A DNA stretch of 64,000 nt from the human T2T-CHM13v2.0 reference genome, Homo sapiens, in NCBI RefSeq assembly GCF_009914755.1, contig NC_060930.1; one strand, given 5' to 3'. Made by a program: the position numbers and the translations under genes. The notes beneath the pieces were generated by a model. That model saw only the letters and a list, made by a program, of their open reading frames with translations, was not told where the DNA came from and searched no databases. Each line of letters opens with the position of its first letter. Position 1 is the first letter of the stretch. This document shows, piece after piece, positions 58,950-64,000 of this stretch.

Positions 58950-60050
58950 TTCCACAGATATTGATCAAGTGCCTAATAATTACTAATAAGAATGGCTAAG
59001 AGTTGTTCAGCCCATATTATGTAAACTGGTCCTTTGTAAGGCTTATAATGTGTATTGTCACATTTAACCCTGTCAGCAACCCTATGACATTGATACAAGA
59101 GACTGTGACACAGGACCCTGACAATTGGCTGGATTCTTCAAGGAAAACACAGAAGCTGAGAGAAGTTAAGTCACTTAACCATTGTCACACAGCTAGTAAG
59201 TGGCAAAGAAATAATTAGAATTTTAGTCTGTGCCTATAGCCTCAGTCCTTAACCACTACACCACATGCCTTCAGTATGTTTAAAATGCTATTATATACTA
59301 GTTAAATGTATAATTGCCTGTAAATATCCAGAATCTTCAGTGTCGATGGTGAGCATTTTGTCATTTATAACCAGAAAAATATTTAATTTGGACTTCATTT
59401 TTTTACAAGGAGAAAATTATAACATGTATATCTATATAATTTTATACCCTAAGACTAAGCTGAAGCACACCACTATTTTTCATCTTCAGTGATATGCCTC
59501 ACTTTATTAGTCCCATTTACTTATGAGGAAATTGAAACACAGAGAGGTATGTAACATGCCTGAGTTCACATAGTAAGGGCAGAGCTGGAATTGGAATCCA
59601 GCAGTTGGGCTACAGAGTCTGTGCTCTAAATGGGGCATGTCATTGAAGTTGGCCGAGGAGGTGGCACTGTCAGTGAACCTTCTGACTCTGCAAACGTTTT
59701 ACTGTACAACCATGCCAGCTTCTTGGTAGACTATCTTAAACTGTTCAGAATGTTTCTGTATACTTACAAGAAAACTGGATTCATTTGTTCTGCTTATTTA
59801 GCTAATTCACTCATCCACAGGGATAAGCCTAATTGTAGATATTAATGAAGACTGGGTTTATCAGGTACATACAATGAGTCATACTGGCACAATTCTAGCA
59901 CTCTAAAACAGGTACCATTATTATCATCATTTTATTTAGATAAGGAAACTAAAACTCAGAAAGATTAATTTGCCCAGGATCACATAGCTAATAACTGATA
60001 GGCACAGTATTTGTGTGGTAGAATTTATTCTTAGCCATCATACTATTATA
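58950..60050. mobile_element. Cluster of MIR fragments
   Basis: Three MIR-core matches: gagaagttaagtcacttaacc, atgaggaaattgaaacacagagagg, aaggaaactaaaactcagaaag...tttgcccaggatcaca. Confidence 0.7.
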
Positions 60051-60552
60051 TCATCCTCAAGTAATTTGATATATTAGCTAACGTAATTCTAGTTTTTATA
60101 AAAATTTACCCTAAAAGTATAAAGGCTCACATTTAGTAAAATTCTATTTATTGTTAATTTAATAATTTGAGGCAGATGCTCATGGCAGGCAGTCAACTCT
60201 CCTCTGTGCAGTGGTTCAGGTGCCCAGGTTCTTTACATGTTATGCATTTTTGTCATTTGAATCCATATCGCAAAAGTATAAAAGGGAAATGGAGAACATA
60301 TATCTGACTACTAAAAGCCTTGTTCTAGAAGCATCACACATCATTCCTATTAATGCTCTATTAATGACAGTTAATCACATGGCCAAGCCTAGATGCTGGG
60401 GATGGGACCCGAGAAATAAAATCCCTGACTTAGCAACCACTTACTATGAATTCTGTAACTGGAAAGGGGAGAAACCACTAACTGACTGTCACACACACAA
60501 CTTGAAAAGGCTTTCATTATAAATAATTAAGTCATTTGAGAGTTTACATTCT

Positions 60553-60859
<307 letters not shown>

Positions 60860-61512
60860 GAGTTTAAATTCTGTTCTAAAGTAAAGTCTGAAAATACTGG
60901 TGCTTTCTTATGTTACTGTAAAATTTGTGCACTGACAATGTAATTTGAGAGCCCCTTTATCCGAGTTTCAAAGCCTGTCAGAATCCAAAACTGACCCCAC
61001 AATTTCTATTCATTCGTCAGTTTTAAAATTTCCTGGCCTCTTTTGACTCTTAGAGTCCAGGTTCCCCTGTTCAATACAACATAGACTGCATAAAGCTTAG
61101 CCATTTCCTTGCTTTATAAAACAAAACAGAACAAAAAACGTTTGTTCATGTCCAGGCTTTATGAGTTTAATAGACTTTGATGAAGAAACTGTTAGTCATG
61201 GGGGGATTGGAGGGAAGGTGATTGGGAAGTGGTCACGTCACAAAGCACACATTATTTTGCTCTTTTTCTCTCTCTTCTCTCTCACCTCTGATACTCAGTT
61301 ACTACTTCTGGCTTGTTTATGTCTACAAATAACAGGCATGTACATTTATATATCATTTACTCTTCCAGGTTGTTTTATCAACACTATTTAATCTTTAAAA
61401 CAAGCCAATGGAATAGGTTCTGCTAACATTTTTCCTGTATACAGTAAGGAAATTAAGGTATAGAGATTAAGTAACTGGGGGTTGGCAGAGCTAGTATTAA
61501 AACCCAGGCTTT

Positions 61513-61886
<374 letters not shown>

Positions 61887-64000
61887 TCACTATGGAAAAT
61901 TCTAGCTCTTAAGCTAGAACTCTATTTTATTAAATTTACTTCTAACACTAAGCCCAATTTTTTTTAATTTTTGTATGTACATAAAAGGTATATATATTTA
62001 TGGGATATATGAGATACCAATTTTTAACCTACTCATGTATTTGCTGTAGTTAAAATAATTGTAATGATTACAGAGCACATCTTTAACAAAAAGAAGTAAA
62101 ATGTGTAATATCTAAAATTTGGAATTGCATACATTTTGTTTCTTAGATGCTCTGTATGCTATGCCCAGTGTTACTTTTTAAGTGAGAGAGTTGCTGTTGA
62201 TTAACTATAGGAGACTTGATTTATTTCTAATTTTTCCTAGTACTGTTTTGCTATGTAGAATATAAAGATTCTGATGGGTATATTCAGTTTTATTCACCTT
62301 GTATTTGTAAACCCATAGAACATCTACCCACATCTAAGTGTAGTTGGCAAACCTCTTTAGTGCTTTAGACCTTTTGGGGTTCTGTTAACATAAGTCTAGG
62401 CCAAGAAGTAAGTCTAAACATCACCTGAGGTCTGCCCTGTTGCTACTTTATACATAAAACCCAACTGCCAATGTTAGATTTTACTTTTTTAATTCTTTTT
62501 TTTGTGCTCAGTGGCATGTTTAAATATTAAACGCGAGGAATGTTCATAGACCTATATAGCCAAATTGGTGTGGGGAGAACTGTTATGTGTTGTAATAGTG
62601 CACCGAAAATGCTATCAACCAATAAGGTAGACAATATCTTAGAAAGGAGAGTGAATACATGCATTTTGTATACTTAACTAAAGTTTTATTTTCTGTTTTT
62701 AAACAACAGTTGTGTCACTTAATAATTTTTGACAAAATGAAAATACGGGTTAAAGGGACATACAACTATCTTCTAGTCAATCCATAGTTGATTTTATATT
62801 GTCTCTAAACTTTTATATTGTCTCTAAACTTCATCTTTCACTACTTACATAAAAATCCCTGTAAGTATTACAATTTATCATACCCTTAAAAAATAGTTTA
62901 TTTAGAGGATTTACTTGTATTACAACTAAATCTTAACTTCTCAAAACAAGAAAATATATGTATTTACATACTGTTGTTAGAGCAAAAATAACCTGGAAAA
63001 TAATAGCATTACAATATATTTGGGGTTGTAAAGATTTTTAAATTATTAAAATTATTGTTCCTTGATTGTTCCTTTTTTCCTTATATCCAAAAGGCGAATT
63101 GTGTTATTATTCCTCTTTTGTATGCATAAAGATGGGTGAAAACACCTTTAGAACAAGCAGCTGATTTTTTACACTGAAAAATTGTGCAGCAGTTATGTTA
63201 TCAGGTTAGAGACTGCCAGTTCGAGATGTTGGATATTTCCACCTCCTATTCTGCATGATATTTTAATAAACATACATGTCTCCCATCTAGTTTCCCAGTG
63301 GTTTATTGCTTGGTTAAATGAATCGTTGAGCTCCCTATGAAGTCTTCTGACATGTCTAATTCGATACCTGTCATTTATAACCATCTTTCCTTCCTCCCCC
63401 AACAATAACAAAAATATCATAATGAGCATAATAATCAGATTTGCTGATAAAATACACTTTTGACGTTTCTGTGATTACACATAACGACTCCCACTGTTCT
63501 CAGAAGATTCTGTTGTTGCGTTCTAGATACTTATTTGGCTTAGACATCTCAAAAAGTACAAAGAATATTGTATATCATCATTGACGTAATTCTTCCACAT
63601 AATCTGGAAGGTGATTCCAGTCTACTATATTAAGCTTTCCTGTGATACCCCAAACACAGGTTAACATTATATATCCAGTCAGTTGACACAACAATCTCTA
63701 AATTATGTCCACTTTATGCTGACAACTGACCTTAACGGTATCTTTAGAACATAATTATTTCCTATCTTTGGAACGTATGAACTAAAAACTACTTTAACTC
63801 CAAATCACTAAGCTTCAAGAAGACTTGAAATTCTATGGCTTGCTTTTTGGAATTTGGAAATGTACTGCCAAGGTAAGTTTAAAAAAAAAAAAAATGATGT
63901 TCTGTGTTTCTTAAACTCTTCCACTGAAAGGCCTCTAATGGCAAAGGGAAGTAGTGCATATCTCCAGAAAGACAGGGCATAGCCTCAAACAGCAGCTAAA

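Noticed and set aside
63400-63460. SIIIRFADK reverse-transcriptase-like motif
   Set aside because: At best another tiny L3/CR1 relic, too short to call.

Overview
This is AT-rich primate (human or great ape) genomic DNA lying inside the presynaptic active-zone gene RIMS1, which is transcribed on the + strand. Three coding exons (14837-14949, 21085-21251, 41175-41410) splice in frame to give ASLVVEERTRQ...SRSTSQLSQT, the region just upstream of the C2B domain. A probable 30-nt neural microexon (3516-3545, EQEKYNSSTK) precedes them. The introns hold a 5'-truncated, frameshifted FOXH1 last-exon copy on the - strand (~23700-24976), five Alus, several L1PA 3' fragments (one with a twin-priming inversion), older L1M, L2, L3, MIR and MLT1 relics, MER DNA-transposon fossils and microsatellites. 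I see no prokaryotic-type systems, and almost all ORF-track entries are spurious or repeat-derived. The most notable observations are the all-or-none frame coupling of the three exons, the microexon with SRRM4/NOVA-type architecture, further candidate poison or alternative exons, the FOXH1 fragment carrying a sense-strand poly(A) signal, inverted L1 ends around one exon, and a ~75-nt locally templated insertion inside a MER2. All gene and repeat names come from recognising the sequence, not from a database search.
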